Numbered from the stretch's first letter, positions 11,349 through 22,545 are shown. The stretch: DNA of 64,000 nt from an uncultured Actinomycetota bacterium (GCA_963841985.1 CAWJFD010000026.1:2545-66544); one strand, 5' to 3'. The notes: generated by a model from the sequence alone, not told the origin. Numbers and translations are program-made.

Positions 11349-11609
11349 ATGACTCGATCCGAAGCCGTCACGCTCTACGCGCGGGGCCTGAGCACGACCG
11401 GGCTGCAGGGCTGGATCCAGGACAACGTGGTGCCGGTCGTACTGCTGGGTATCGCGATCATCCTGCTGTGGATCGGGGGCCGCGGCGACAACGCGGGGGT
11501 GGCCCGGCGCAGCGTCGGCTTGCTCGTCGGACTCGTGGCGTTGGGTATCGCCGTGTCGGGCAACGGTCCGGAGATCGGCAATTTCCTGGCCGGTCTCCTC
11601 ATCGGGTGA
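11349..11609 (+). CDS. Small two-TM protein, first gene of T4SS-like operon (VirB2/TcpD-like by position)
   Basis: 86 aa, two hydrophobic helices, RBS GGGAG, coupled to the next gene. Confidence 0.6.
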   Translation: MTRSEAVTLYARGLSTTGLQGWIQDNVVPVVLLGIAIILLWIGGRGDNAGVARRSVGLLVGLVALGIAVSGNGPEIGNFLAGLLIG

Positions 11610-12097
11610 CCCGGGTGCTCGTCCGCACCGATGACGAGGTATACCGCGTCGACTCCGTCTGGCTGGGTCCGCCGCGGGCCACGTTTCCTTGGCGTGCTCG
11701 TTATGTGAGTTACGGTCTGGGCCTGCTGGTGATGATTCTCGTCATGTTCGTGCAGCGTCGGATCGGTATCGGTCTCGATTTCTTCTCCGTCGCGTGGGCG
11801 CTCATCCTGACCATCGTCTGCACCCGTTTCCTTGGCCAGAGAATCGATTACGAGCGGCCGCTGGGCCAGGTGGTTGCCCTGTTCTGTCACGAAGTCAAGG
11901 GGCCGCGGGAGCGCACGGCCGCGGCCGGGGGGCCGGTCCGCTCGAGTCATGTGCGGGTGGGAATGATCGGACGCCCGCGGCGGCGGACCGGTCGCCCGGC
12001 CCGCGGCGCGGCAACCGCCACCCTGACCTCGTGGCCGCGCAGCGGCGACCAGCGCACCAACGATCAGCGGAGGGAGCGCGCCCGTGCCGCGTCCTGA
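11606..12097 (+). CDS. Two-TM protein (VirB3/TcpE-like by position)
   Basis: TDDEVYRVDSVWLGPP... then two TM; precedes the VirB4-like ATPase. Confidence 0.6.
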   Translation: MTRVLVRTDDEVYRVDSVWLGPPRATFPWRARYVSYGLGLLVMILVMFVQRRIGIGLDFFSVAWALILTIVCTRFLGQRIDYERPLGQVVALFCHEVKGPRERTAAAGGPVRSSHVRVGMIGRPRRRTGRPARGAATATLTSWPRSGDQRTNDQRRERARAAS

Positions 12098-12326
12098 CTC
12101 CGCCCGTGAGCGCACCCCGACCGACCGTGTCCGGACCAATGCGTCGACGGACCGTCCACCGACCGACCGGGAGGGGACCGACCGCGGCCGCCGCGAGCGG
12201 GACGCCGCTGCCGCGACCGAGCGGGCACGAACCGGCCGTCGGGATCAGGGCCGGGAGACCGGTGCGTCGGACCAGGCCCGCACCCCCGCGCGCGAGCAGA
12301 AGCGCGCCGACAAGGCTCGGGCCAGG

Positions 12327-12510
12327 GCCGACAAGGTCCGTGCCGACAAGGTCCGTGCCGACAAGGTCCGTGCCGACAAGGTCCGGGCCGACAAGGTCCG
12401 GGCGCGAGAGGGTCCGGGCCGAGCGTCGTGACGGGCGCGCGAACGGGTCAGCGCGAAACGGGGCAGCGCGAGACGGGGCAGCGCGAACCGGGGCAGCGCG
12501 AACCGGGGCG
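12327..12510 (+). repeat. 15-bp tandem repeats GCCGACAAGGTCCG(T/G) x5 (ADKVR), then GQRE(T/P) x4
   Basis: Read directly. Confidence 0.85.
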
Positions 12511-15500
12511 CCGCGGTCCGGTGCGCCGCGAGCCTGCACCCGCCCGGGTGCGTACCGGCCGCCGTGGCCGCGGCCTGGCGGGCGAGGCCGGGCTGCCGAA
12601 GTACGTGCCGAGCATCGCGTTGCGGTCCATCGAGGGGCACCTGACCCGCACCGGGACGCAGGTGATGGCCTGGTACCGGCTGGCCACGCAGCCCTGGAGT
12701 TTCCGCAGCGACTCCCAGCGCGAGGTGCTGATCCGACAGATCGCCGCGCAGCTGGGTGAGCTGCAGGGACGCTGGTTGCACGTGCGCGTGACGAACCGAC
12801 CGTACCCGGTGCACCTGTGGGCCGAGGCCTTCGACCACAACGCGCTGGGCCGGATGCCGGACGTGCGCGGAGCGCTGGGCTGGGACGGGTTCCTGGAGGG
12901 CGAGCAGCGACACCTCATGGGCCTGTCGATGTCGGACAAGGAGGTGTTCCTCGGGATCGAGGTGTCCGGGCGCAGCATGCTCGACCGCTGGGTGGAGAAG
13001 GCCGCGCCGTTGCTGGGCCGCCTGGCCCCGGCCGCGGCGCACGCCGAGCTGGCCGCGTTGAGCTCCGAGGTCGCGCACCTGGACGCGCTGGTCGCCGGCA
13101 GCGGGCTGGACGCGGTGCCGGCCGGTACCGACGACGTCGCCTGGCTGATGCGCCGCTCCTGCGCGCTGGGCCTGCCCGCGCCACAGACGTTGTCGGTCGC
13201 CGGCGGCAACCGCTGGGAGACCGAGGACCTGGCCGCGTTCACCGAGGGGGTGAGCCTGCACCAGGAGCCCTACGCGCCGACGGTCCGCGTGGTCGGGCGG
13301 ACCCGCTCACAGACCACATCGCGCAACGTCGCGGTGCTGACGCTGGGTCTGATGGAATCGCTGCGCATCCCGGAGGTCGACGACCCGTGGATGCAGCACT
13401 CCGATCGGCTGCCGTTCCCCGTCGAGTGGTCGGCGCGGATCTACATCCGAAGACCCGAGGAGGTGGCGGGGGAGCTGCAGCGCCAGATGGGCAAGGTGCG
13501 CAGCCAGATCCGGCACTACACCCATGATCACGACCTTGACCCGCCGATGTCACTGGCCCGGCAGGCCGAACGGGTACTGGAGGTCGAGGACGAGCTCACG
13601 AGCGGGCTCACGCAGCTCAACACCCGGCTGTACGGCTGGTGGCGCGTCGCGGTGTCCGGCAAGGACGAGGCGGAGGCGCTGAGCCGCGCCCAGCAGGTGC
13701 TCGAGGTCTACCGGCCGAAGGTGCAGATCGAGCATCCGGAGGCGCAGTACCGGTTCGCCCGCGAGTTCATCCCGGGTGAGCCGCTGGCCTCCACCGCCTA
13801 CCGGCGGCGCGGTTCGGTGATGTGGGCGGCGGCCGCGGTGCCGGCGGCCACCGCCTCGGTCGGGGACCGGCGCGGCATCATGCTCGGTGAGACGTGCACG
13901 GCCACGCGCCGGCCGGTGGCGTGGGACCCCTGGCTGGCGCAGGAGGTGCGCCGCGCTTCGGGTCTGACCGCTGTGGTCGGCGGGCTGGGTTCCGGGAAGT
14001 CGTTCCTCACCGGCTTGATCGTCTACAAGACGTTGCGGGCCGGCGCGCGGTGGACGGTGCTCGATCCGTCCGGACCGCTGGCCGAGCTCACCCGGCTGCC
14101 CGAGCTGGCCCCCTTCTCCCGGCACATCAACCTGCTGCGCGCCGACCCGGGCATCCTCAACCCGTACCGGGTGGTCGCCGAGCCGCGACCCGAGCACTTC
14201 GTCGACGAGGACGACCCCGAGCGGGCCTGGCGCCGGGAGCGGGCGCTGGCCGCGGCCACCCGCCGCAGGCTGGTGCTCGACGTGCTCACCGGGCTGCTGC
14301 CCTTCGACGTCTCCCGGCAGCCGCAGACCCGGATCGTGCTGCTGCGCGCGGTGCGCGAGGTCGGCGGCGCCGCGGACCGGGATCCGGGTGAGGTCATCGA
14401 CACCCTGCGCCGGCACGCCCAGCAGGGGCAGGAGCACGCCGGGGTCGTCGCCGACTTCCTCGAGGAACGCCGCGAGCTGCCACAGGCCGCGCTGCTGTTC
14501 CCGGATTCCAGCCGGCACGACCCGTGGCAGGCCGACCGCGACTACCGGCTCACCGTGCTCACGATGCAGGGCATGACGCTGCCCCGCCCTGGCAGCCCGC
14601 GCGAGGAGTGGACCGACGGCGAGTCGCTGGCCGTGGAGCTGCTGAACCTCGCCAGCTGGCTCACCCAGCGCACGATCTACGACGCCGACCGGAACGAGCG
14701 CAAGGGCGTGGCCCTCGACGAGACGCACTTCCTCTCCCAGGTACCCACCGGGAAAGTGCTGATCGACCGCCTCGCCCGTGACTCCCGCAAGTTCAACGTG
14801 CGCGCCCTGTTCGCCTCCCAGCTGGCCGGCGACCTGCTGCGGGTATCCGGCTTCGCGTCGCTGGTCAACGCCGTGTTCGTGGGGCGGACCGACGACGCGG
14901 AGGCGCAGACCGAGGCGTTGCGGCTGCTGCGGGTGCCCACCGGCGTCGGCTACGAGCAGATGCTCGGCATGCTCTCGCCGCGGCCCCGCCGCGACGACGG
15001 GCCCGACGACACCCCGCGGCAGTTCGTGTTCGCCGACGGGCACGGCGGGGTGGAGAAGATCCGCATCGACCTGGAGGGCCCGCACCTGGAGCACCTGCGG
15101 GCCGCGCTGGACACCAACCCGGACGCCAACCGGATGTGGACCGTCGAGCCGGCTCCCGTAGCCGTCCCCACGGCTGGTACGACCGGCCCGCTCGCCACGG
15201 CCCCGGTCCCCCACGCCGCCGAGAGTGCCGTCGATCGGGCGGTCGGCGCTCTCGACGACGACTTCAGCGAGCTCGACGACCCGGAGGGTCTGCTGCTCGC
15301 CGAGAGCGACGCATCGGCTCCACGCGCGCTTCCGGTTCAGCCCGCGGCGAGCCGACCGGCGGCGATCCGACCGGAAGCGACCCAACTGGGGACAACGCCG
15401 CCCGCCGGGGCCGTTCCGCTGGGCGACGACGAGCTGCTCGACGGGGACCTCGAGCTGCTCGACCTCAGCGAGCCCGCCCACCCCCAGGACATCCCGGCCC

Positions 15501-15646
15501 AGGACGCTCGGGCCCACCACGGAGCGGGACCTCCTCGACGCGGAGCAGAGCAGGGCGCCGACCAACCGGACGCGCGCAACGGGAACGGCCGACCCGCGGC
15601 GGACGCCGAGGCGCGAGTACGCGCGGCCGGGGAGGCCGTTCGGTGA
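12428..15646 (+). CDS. VirB4/TcpF-like conjugation ATPase (AAA_10); may start at 12084 through a frameshift
   Basis: Walker A GGLGSGKS, VLDPSG, Walker B VALDETH, RDSRKFN...ASQ. Confidence 0.85.
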   Translation: MTGARTGQRETGQRETGQREPGQREPGRRGPVRREPAPARVRTGRRGRGLAGEAGLPKYVPSIALRSIEGHLTRTGTQVMAWYRLATQPWSFRSDSQREVLIRQIAAQLGELQGRWLHVRVTNRPYPVHLWAEAFDHNALGRMPDVRGALGWDGFLEGEQRHLMGLSMSDKEVFLGIEVSGRSMLDRWVEKAAPLLGRLAPAAAHAELAALSSEVAHLDALVAGSGLDAVPAGTDDVAWLMRRSCALGLPAPQTLSVAGGNRWETEDLAAFTEGVSLHQEPYAPTVRVVGRTRSQTTSRNVAVLTLGLMESLRIPEVDDPWMQHSDRLPFPVEWSARIYIRRPEEVAGELQRQMGKVRSQIRHYTHDHDLDPPMSLARQAERVLEVEDELTSGLTQLNTRLYGWWRVAVSGKDEAEALSRAQQVLEVYRPKVQIEHPEAQYRFAREFIPGEPLASTAYRRRGSVMWAAAAVPAATASVGDRRGIMLGETCTATRRPVAWDPWLAQEVRRASGLTAVVGGLGSGKSFLTGLIVYKTLRAGARWTVLDPSGPLAELTRLPELAPFSRHINLLRADPGILNPYRVVAEPRPEHFVDEDDPERAWRRERALAAATRRRLVLDVLTGLLPFDVSRQPQTRIVLLRAVREVGGAADRDPGEVIDTLRRHAQQGQEHAGVVADFLEERRELPQAALLFPDSSRHDPWQADRDYRLTVLTMQGMTLPRPGSPREEWTDGESLAVELLNLASWLTQRTIYDADRNERKGVALDETHFLSQVPTGKVLIDRLARDSRKFNVRALFASQLAGDLLRVSGFASLVNAVFVGRTDDAEAQTEALRLLRVPTGVGYEQMLGMLSPRPRRDDGPDDTPRQFVFADGHGGVEKIRIDLEGPHLEHLRAALDTNPDANRMWTVEPAPVAVPTAGTTGPLATAPVPHAAESAVDRAVGALDDDFSELDDPEGLLLAESDASAPRALPVQPAASRPAAIRPEATQLGTTPPAGAVPLGDDELLDGDLELLDLSEPAHPQDIPAQDARAHHGAGPPRRGAEQGADQPDARNGNGRPAADAEARVRAAGEAVR

Positions 15647-17595
15647 CCAACGGGGTGCTGCCTGCCGCATACGGGTGGCTTCCGGTCGCCCTGGTCGTGG
15701 CCGTCGCACTGCTGGTCGGGCTGCGCCGGCGGCGCCGCGCGAACCGGAACGATCGATCGGACTCCGCGCGCCGGCATCGGTCGGCCGCCGTGCTGGTGGT
15801 CGCCGCGCTGGTCGGCGGATCGGCGCTGCTCGGGCAGCCGGCCTACGCGCAGCCGCTGTCGTGCAAGGAATCGCCGGAGCCCGACCGTCCCGGCACGGGG
15901 CTGGTGGGCTCGCTCGACCCCCCGACCTACGGGGTGGGCGAGCCCGGCAGCGTGTACGACGAGGTCGGCTACGCCGGCCTGGTGTGGCACAACTACGACC
16001 TCGGCTGCGCCGGCACGGCCGTGTTCAACCCGGCGACCACCACGGACACCTGGCTGGGCAACCAGACCCTCAACGTGGCCAAGTTCGTGGTCGGCGGCGT
16101 CAACTGGTCGCATTACCTGATCGCCGACGGTGGCAAGCTGCTCTCGCCGCTCGACGAGCTGATCACCAACGGCACCCGCGCGATGTACAACGCCGTGTTC
16201 ACCACGTTCATCGGGCCGGTGCTGCTGATCCTCTCGGTGGTGTTGCTGACGCTCGCGCTGCGCGGCGACCTGGCCCGCCAGACCCAGCGCGCCGGGATGG
16301 CCGTGGTGGCGCTCGTGGTCGGCTCCGGCGCCTACCTCGCGCCGGTCGACTGGGCGACCGCCGCCGACGATCTGCTGCTCGACGGCGTCACCCAGATGCA
16401 GGAGGGATTCCTGGGCCAGATCGGCCTCGGCGACCGGGACACGCTGCCGACCGTGCTCGTCGACCAGGTGGTCTACCAGAACTGGTTGCGCGGGGAGTTC
16501 GGCTCGCCGGACGTGCCGCAGGCCCAGCAGCTGGGCCGCGAGCTGCTGCGGGCGCAGACGTTCACCAAGGCCGAGATCGCCGAGCACCGGGACACGATGG
16601 AGCTGGCCGCGCAGAAGAAGGCCGCGTTCGCCGGGGTAGGGGACCGGATGGGCGATCGCTACCCCTACTTCCAGGGCAAGTCCGGAAGCCGGGTGGGCGC
16701 CGGCCTGCTCGCGGTGGTGCAGGCCGCGTGCATCGGGCTGTTCCAGCTGCTGTCGAAGGTGCTGGTGCTGGTCGCGATGCTGGTGCTGCGGCTGCTCGTC
16801 ATGACGGCGCCCGCGGTCGCGGTGGTGGCCGTGCTCAAGCCCGACATCCTGCCGGCGCTGCTGCGGGTGGCCGGAGCGGCGATCGTCAACACGCTGGTCG
16901 TCGGGCGCGCTTGCCGGGCTGCACGCGCTGCTCGTGGTCTCGCTGTTCCGGCCGGGAGCGGGGATCGACCTGTGGCTGTCGCTGCTGGTCACCGGGGTGG
17001 TGACGGTGGTGCTGTGGGCGGTGGCCCGGCCCTTCCGGCGGCTGGTGTCGATGGTGTCGCTCACCCGTGAACAGTTCGGTGGCATCGTGCCGGGTGCCGG
17101 CAGCGGCCCGATGTCGCGGGTGTGGCAGCGGCTGCGCGGCGCCGAGGACGACGACCGGCAGGCCCGCTGGTGGTCCGAGCGGCAGCGCGGCGCGGCCGGC
17201 GTCTTCGAGCACCCGGACGGTGGCCGCCCGGAGGCCGAGCCGGCGCATGCGGATCTCCGCGCAGGCCACGGCGACCGCGGTCCGGCGCGGTTCCGGCCGG
17301 GGCGATCCGCCGGCGGCTCGAACGCCGCTCGCGGCCACCCGCCGCCCGGCACTGCCGGCGGCGATCCGACGGCTTCGGGCCCGATCCGGGCCTGCCGAGC
17401 TGGTCCGATCTGCACGGCGCGGACCGCGGCGAGATCGACGACCGGGTGCTCTACCGCCGGCCCGATGCGGTGCCGCTGCGGCCGGGTGGGGCCCGCCCGG
17501 TCGCGGCCGAGCTGGTGGACGGCGAGACCGTCTACCGGATCTACCGGCCGGGTGCGCGGCGCCCGGTGTACACCCCGACAGGGAGGTCGGGCTGA
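15643..17595 (+). CDS. Polytopic VirB6/TcpH-like membrane protein (frameshifted near 16910 and 17250-17400)
   Basis: Multiple TM segments plus an extracellular loop; follows the VirB4-like gene. Confidence 0.7.
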
Positions 17596-18179
17596 TGCCG
17601 ATCCGATCCCAACACGGACGGGCTGCCGCTTACCGCGCGCTGTGGCAGTGGCCGCTGCGGTCGGTGCGGCGGCTGGTGATCACGGTGCTGGCGCTGCTCG
17701 TGCTGGCCGGCGGGGTGAGCTACACGATCGCGTCGCTGGGGATCGGCTCGCGCGCGGGAGGGACCGGGCGGTGTCGCCGCTGGCCCGTCGGATGCGGCTC
17801 CCGCGGCGCCGTCGGCCACCGCGCTGCCGCCGGTGCCGGCGCTGCGAACCGGCGACGCTGCCGCTGTCGAAGGCGCCCCCGGCCGCGCTGGACGTGGCCC
17901 GGCGCTGGTCCCGGGCCTGGATCCGGCCGGCGGCCGGGATCAGCAACGAGCAGTGGCTGGCCGGGCTGCGCAACACCACGACCGAGGAGTACCTCGGGGT
18001 GCTGGCCGCGGTGGACCCGGCGAACATCCCGGCGGCCCGGGTGGTGCGGCAACCCGAAGGCGGTGCGGGTGTCGCCGCGCTCGGTGCAGGTGCAGGTGCA
18101 GACCGACGGCCCGACTCTGCTGGTCCTGGTGGTGGACACCGACGCCGGCTGGCGGGTCGCCGGCTACGACCGGACATGA
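17595..18179 (+). CDS. Single-TM protein (VirB8/TcpC-like by position; frameshifted)
   Basis: MPIRSQHGRAAAYRALWQWPLRS, TM, Pro-rich linker, C-terminal ...GWRVAGYD. Confidence 0.6.
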   Translation: MPIRSQHGRAAAYRALWQWPLRSVRRLVITVLALLVLAGGVSYTIASLGIGSRAGGTGRCRRWPVGCGSRGAVGHRAAAGAGAANRRRCRCRRRPRPRWTWPGAGPGPGSGRRPGSATSSGWPGCATPRPRSTSGCWPRWTRRTSRRPGWCGNPKAVRVSPRSVQVQVQTDGPTLLVLVVDTDAGWRVAGYDRT

Positions 18180-19257
18180 CGTGGCGGACGGCGCGATGAG
18201 GGCGCCTGCGATGAGGCGCGCTGCGATGAGGGCGCTGCGGCCCTTGCGACTGCTGCTGCCCTTCGCTCGCGATCGCGGCCGCTCTGGTGCTGTTCATCGC
18301 GATCTCCTTCGCGGCGTTCACGGTGGGCGGCGGGTGGTGGGTCGGTCGCGTCCGGCCCGTGCGACACCGGCGTGCGCTCGTCGCCCGGTGTGCTGGCCGG
18401 CGGCCGGTCCGGCACCCGCGCCGCCGACCTGGACGCGGCCCAACGCCAGAACGCGGCCACGATCATCGGGGTGGCCCGCGGGATGGGGGCGCCGCCGCGG
18501 GCCTGGCTGATCGCGCTCGCCACCGCCATGCAGGAGTCCACCCTCAACAACATCAACTACGGGGACCGCGACTCGCTGGGACTGTTCCAGCAACGACCGT
18601 CCCAGGGCTGGGGGTCTCCGGCGCAGGTCACCGACCCGGTGTACAGCCACGACGATCTTCATCGAGCGGCTGCTGGAGGTGCCGGGCTGGGACTCGCTGC
18701 CGGTCACGGTCGCCGCGCAGACCGTGCAGCGTTCGGCCTTCCCCGACGCCTACGCGAAGTGGGAGGGGCTGGCCACCGAACTCGTCGAGCAGCTGGCGAA
18801 CGTGGCACCGATCAACGAGTGCCGGGAGCCGGTGTCGCTGGCCCAGGGGGTGGCCGGGGCGGCGATCAACTTCGCGCTCGGCGAGGTGGGCAAGCCGTAC
18901 GTGTGGGGGGCGACCGGCCCGTCCACCTACGACTGCTCCGGGCTGATCATGCGGGCGTTCCAGGCGGCCGGGGTGAACCTGCCGCGGGTGTCGCGGCAGC
19001 AGTTCTACTCCGGAGGGCACGTGCCGTTGGCCCAAGCCCAGCCCGGTGACCTGCTGTTCTACGCCACCGATCGGGAGGATCCGGCGACCATTCACCACGT
19101 CGTGCTGTACATGGGCGACGGGCAGATGGTGGAGGCGCCCTACAGCGGCGAGCAGGTGCGGGTGCGGCCGGTGCCCTGGGACTTCGCGGAGCTGGTGCCG
19201 CTGGCCACCCGGCCGGGGACTGCACCGAACACCACGGACCCGCCGCCGGCTCGGTGA
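18176..19257 (+). CDS. Cell-wall hydrolase: lysozyme-like domain plus NlpC/P60 (frameshifted)
   Basis: ATAMQES...DSLGLFQQRPSQGWG; GKPYVWG...YDCSGL...PGDLLF...HHV. Confidence 0.88.
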
Positions 19258-19500
19258 ACCCGTTCGGCCGGTGCGGCGTGCGGAGGTGGGCCGGAGTTGC
19301 TGCGTGATCGGGGTGAGCGTCCCGAGGCGCAGTTCGATCATGCGTGAATGCACGCTGATGGCGATCACCGCGGCTGGCCGTATCACGCCGCGGGGAGCGG
19401 GCTCTTCCGTCTCATCCACCACGCATTTTGACGGCCCGCCGCCTGTCCTGGGCTGCGTGGCACGACGTGCGTCCGCCGGCCACAACCGAGGAGTCCTGCC

Positions 19501-19799
19501 ATGCCCACCGAATTCCGGTCCGTCCCGATCACCATCCCGAACGGGGCAGGAACCAAGACGCCCACCGGACCGTGAGCTTCGGCAGCGCCGTGCTGCGCGC
19601 CGCACCGCGTTGAAGGCCATCACCATCGACTACACCAGCGGTGATCACCACATCAACGTGGTGCGAAGCGACGACGGGTGTCCGCAGCATCGTCGGCAAC
19701 ACCGTCACCGTCGCGGTGAACGTCCGGTACGCCGACAAGAACTTCGACGACGCCTACGGCGGCTTCGCCCAGGTCCTGGTGGTCGCCCAGGTCGCGTGA
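19501..19799 (+). CDS. Small (~98 aa) beta-rich hypothetical protein (frameshifted; not called whole in the ORF track)
   Basis: RBS GAGGAG; MPTEFRSVPITIP...IDYTSGDHHINVV...TVTVAVNVRYADKNFDDAYGGFAQVLVVAQVA. Confidence 0.6.
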
Positions 19800-19831
19800 C
19801 CGTGATCCGCCCTGCGTGAAAGCGGAGCTGA

Positions 19832-20506
19832 TCAGGGAGCAGGCGGGCCCCAGCTCTCCCGGCCGTCACCGTCGATCGGGATCCTCGGGCCGGGCATCAC
19901 CGAGCTGTGGACGCCGGCCGAGTAGACCGCCTTCACCCGCGCCGCGGCCTCCCTGATGGTGCTCGACAGGCCGGCCCGGCCGTAGGGGTGCAGGTCGCTG
20001 GCCACCCCGCTCGCGTCCAGCCCGGCCGCTCTGGCCAGGTACAACGCGCGCGGCAGGTGGAAGCCCTGGGTGACGACGATGGCGGACCGAACGCCGAACA
20101 CCTCGACGGCCCTGCGCATCGTCGACCACGTGTCGAAGCCGGCGTGGTCGGTGAAGATGTCCGCCGCCGGCACGCCCGCGGCCAGCAGGGCATCGCGCAT
20201 GGCCCCCGGTTCGTCGTAGGACCAGCTGCCGTGATCGCCGGAGACGATGATCCGGTCGACGGCGCCAGCACGGTACAGGGCGAGCCCACCGGCGACGCGG
20301 TCGTCCAGCATCGGGCTCAGCGTGCCGTCCGCTCCGACGCGGGCGCCGAGCACGATCGCGGCCTGGGCGTGCGCGGCGCGGTCGACGGTGGTGATGGCGC
20401 TGCGGGTCGACGCCAGGATCACCAGGTTCGCGGTCGCCGCGACACCGGCCAGCGCCAGCAGCACGGCCAGTGGCCGACGCCACGCTCCGTTGTCCGCCTC
20501 CCGCAC
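19832..20506 (-). CDS. SanA/YdcF (DUF218) family protein
   Basis: AIVLGA, IIVSGD, YDEP, DHAGFDT, VTQGFHLPRA. Confidence 0.9.
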   Translation of the reverse strand: MREADNGAWRRPLAVLLALAGVAATANLVILASTRSAITTVDRAAHAQAAIVLGARVGADGTLSPMLDDRVAGGLALYRAGAVDRIIVSGDHGSWSYDEPGAMRDALLAAGVPAADIFTDHAGFDTWSTMRRAVEVFGVRSAIVVTQGFHLPRALYLARAAGLDASGVASDLHPYGRAGLSSTIREAAARVKAVYSAGVHSSVMPGPRIPIDGDGRESWGPPAP

Positions 20507-20587
20507 GGCCGCGAGGGTAGCCGTTCCGGCCTGATCCGGAGGGTCGGGAACACGAGCGCCGGGGTGCGCGTTGGAGCAGCAGAGCAA

Positions 20588-20663
20588 GTTGAGCGCGCAT
20601 GGCTCAAGGTCGGTGTGCAGACCGGATCCGCCGCGTGGCAGACTTGAGCGAAGTCAACGCAAG
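20588..20663. promoter_or_regulatory. Two HAIR (HspR) operators upstream of dnaK
   Basis: GTTGAGC-N7-GCTCAAG (20588-20608) and CTTGAGC-N7-ACGCAAG (20643-20663); consensus CTTGAGT-N7-ACTCAAG. Confidence 0.88.
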
Positions 20664-20688
20664 TACCCCGAAACTCGGAGGAACCACC

Positions 20689-22545
20689 ATGGCTCGTGCG
20701 GTCGGCATCGACCTCGGGACCACCAACTCTGTCGTCGCCGTCCTTGAGGGTGGCGAGCCGACGGTCATCGCCAACTCGGAGGGCGCCCGGACCACCCCGT
20801 CCGTGGTCGCGTTCGCCCGCAACGGCGAGGTACTCGTCGGGCAGTCGGCCAAGAACCAGGCCGTCACCAACGTGGACCGCACCATCCGCTCCGTCAAGCG
20901 CCACATCGGCACCGACTGGAGCACCCCGGACATCGACGGCAAGAAGTACTCCGCGCAGGAGATCAGCGCCCGGGTGCTGCAGAAGCTCAAGCGCGACGCG
21001 GAGGCCTACCTCGGCGAGGAGATCACCGACGCGGTGATCACCGTGCCCGCGTACTTCGAGGACGCGCAGCGGCAGGCCACCAAGGAGGCCGGCCAGATCG
21101 CGGGCCTCAACGTGCTGCGCATCGTCAACGAGCCCACCGCGGCCGCACTGGCCTACGGGCTGGACAAGGGCCAGAAGGAGCAGACCATCCTGGTCTTCGA
21201 CCTCGGTGGCGGCACCTTCGACGTCTCGCTGCTGGAGATCGGCGAGGGCGTCGTCGAGGTCAAGGCGACCAACGGCGACAACCACCTCGGTGGCGACGAC
21301 TGGGACGAGCGGATCATCACCTGGCTCGTCGACAAGTTCAAGAGCGCCCAGGGCATCGACCTGACCCGGGACAAGATGGCCATGCAGCGGCTGCGCGAGG
21401 CCGCGGAGAAGGCCAAGATCGAGCTGTCGAGCCAGAACTCGGCCACGATCAACCTGCCCTACATCACGGTCGACGCGGACAAGAACCCGCTGTTCCTGGA
21501 CGAGACGCTGTCCCGCGCCGAGTTCCAGAAGATCACCTCCGATCTGCTCGACCGCACCCGCGCCCCGTTCAACCAGGTGATCAAGGACGCCGGCATCGCC
21601 GTCGGCCAGATCGACCACGTGGTGCTCGTCGGTGGCTCCACCCGGATGCCTGCGGTCACCGAGCTGGTCAAGGAGCTGACCGGCGGCAAGGAGCCCAACA
21701 AGGGCGTCAACCCGGACGAGGTCGTCGCCGTCGGCGCCGCCCTGCAGGCCGGTGTGCTGCGCGGCGAGGTCAAGGACGTGCTGCTGCTGGACGTCACCCC
21801 GCTCTCCCTCGGCATCGAGACCAAGGGCGGCGTGATGACCAAGCTCATCGAGCGGAACACGACGATCCCGACCAAGCGTTCGGAGATCTTCACCACGGCC
21901 GACGACAACCAGCCGTCCGTGCAGATCCAGGTGTTCCAGGGCGAGCGCGAGATCGCGGCCTACAACAAGAAGCTCGGCATGTTCGAGCTGACCGGGCTGC
22001 CGCCCGCCCCGCGTGGCGTGCCGCAGATCGAGGTCTCCTTCGACATCGACGCCAACGGCATCGTGAACGTCTCGGCGAAGGACCTGGGCACCGGCAAGAG
22101 CCAGGCCATGACCATCACCGGCGGATCCGCCCTGGGTAAGGACGAGATCGACCGGATGATGCGCGAGGCCGAGCAGCACGCCGAGGAGGACCGCAAGCGC
22201 CGCGAGGACGCCGAGGTCCGCAACCAGGCCGAGTCGCTGGTCTACCAGACGGAGAAGTTCGTCAAGGAGAACGACGAGAAGCTGCCGACCGACGTCAAGG
22301 ACGGCGTGAACGCCGCACTCGGCGAGGCGCAGGAGGCGCTCAAGGGCACCGACACCGCCACCATCAAGGCGGCGATGGAGAAGCTGGCCACCGAGTCCCA
22401 GAAGATGGGCACCGCGCTCTACCAGCAGCCCGGCGCCGACGGTGCGCCCGCCGACGGCGGACAGCAGGCACAGGGCGGCACCGACTCCGGTGCCGACGAC
22501 GTGGTGGACGCCGAGATCGTCGACGAGGAGAAGGACAACAAGTGA
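20689..22545 (+). CDS. dnaK: Chaperone DnaK
   Basis: [24 protein letters not shown], full length. Confidence 0.99.
   Translation: MARAVGIDLGTTNSVVAVLEGGEPTVIANSEGARTTPSVVAFARNGEVLVGQSAKNQAVTNVDRTIRSVKRHIGTDWSTPDIDGKKYSAQEISARVLQKLKRDAEAYLGEEITDAVITVPAYFEDAQRQATKEAGQIAGLNVLRIVNEPTAAALAYGLDKGQKEQTILVFDLGGGTFDVSLLEIGEGVVEVKATNGDNHLGGDDWDERIITWLVDKFKSAQGIDLTRDKMAMQRLREAAEKAKIELSSQNSATINLPYITVDADKNPLFLDETLSRAEFQKITSDLLDRTRAPFNQVIKDAGIAVGQIDHVVLVGGSTRMPAVTELVKELTGGKEPNKGVNPDEVVAVGAALQAGVLRGEVKDVLLLDVTPLSLGIETKGGVMTKLIERNTTIPTKRSEIFTTADDNQPSVQIQVFQGEREIAAYNKKLGMFELTGLPPAPRGVPQIEVSFDIDANGIVNVSAKDLGTGKSQAMTITGGSALGKDEIDRMMREAEQHAEEDRKRREDAEVRNQAESLVYQTEKFVKENDEKLPTDVKDGVNAALGEAQEALKGTDTATIKAAMEKLATESQKMGTALYQQPGADGAPADGGQQAQGGTDSGADDVVDAEIVDEEKDNK

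Noticed and set aside
11349-19257. T4SS-like operon as part of the upstream AICE
   Set aside because: It lies beyond the tRNA-Gly att boundary, separated by core genes, and AICEs transfer through TraB
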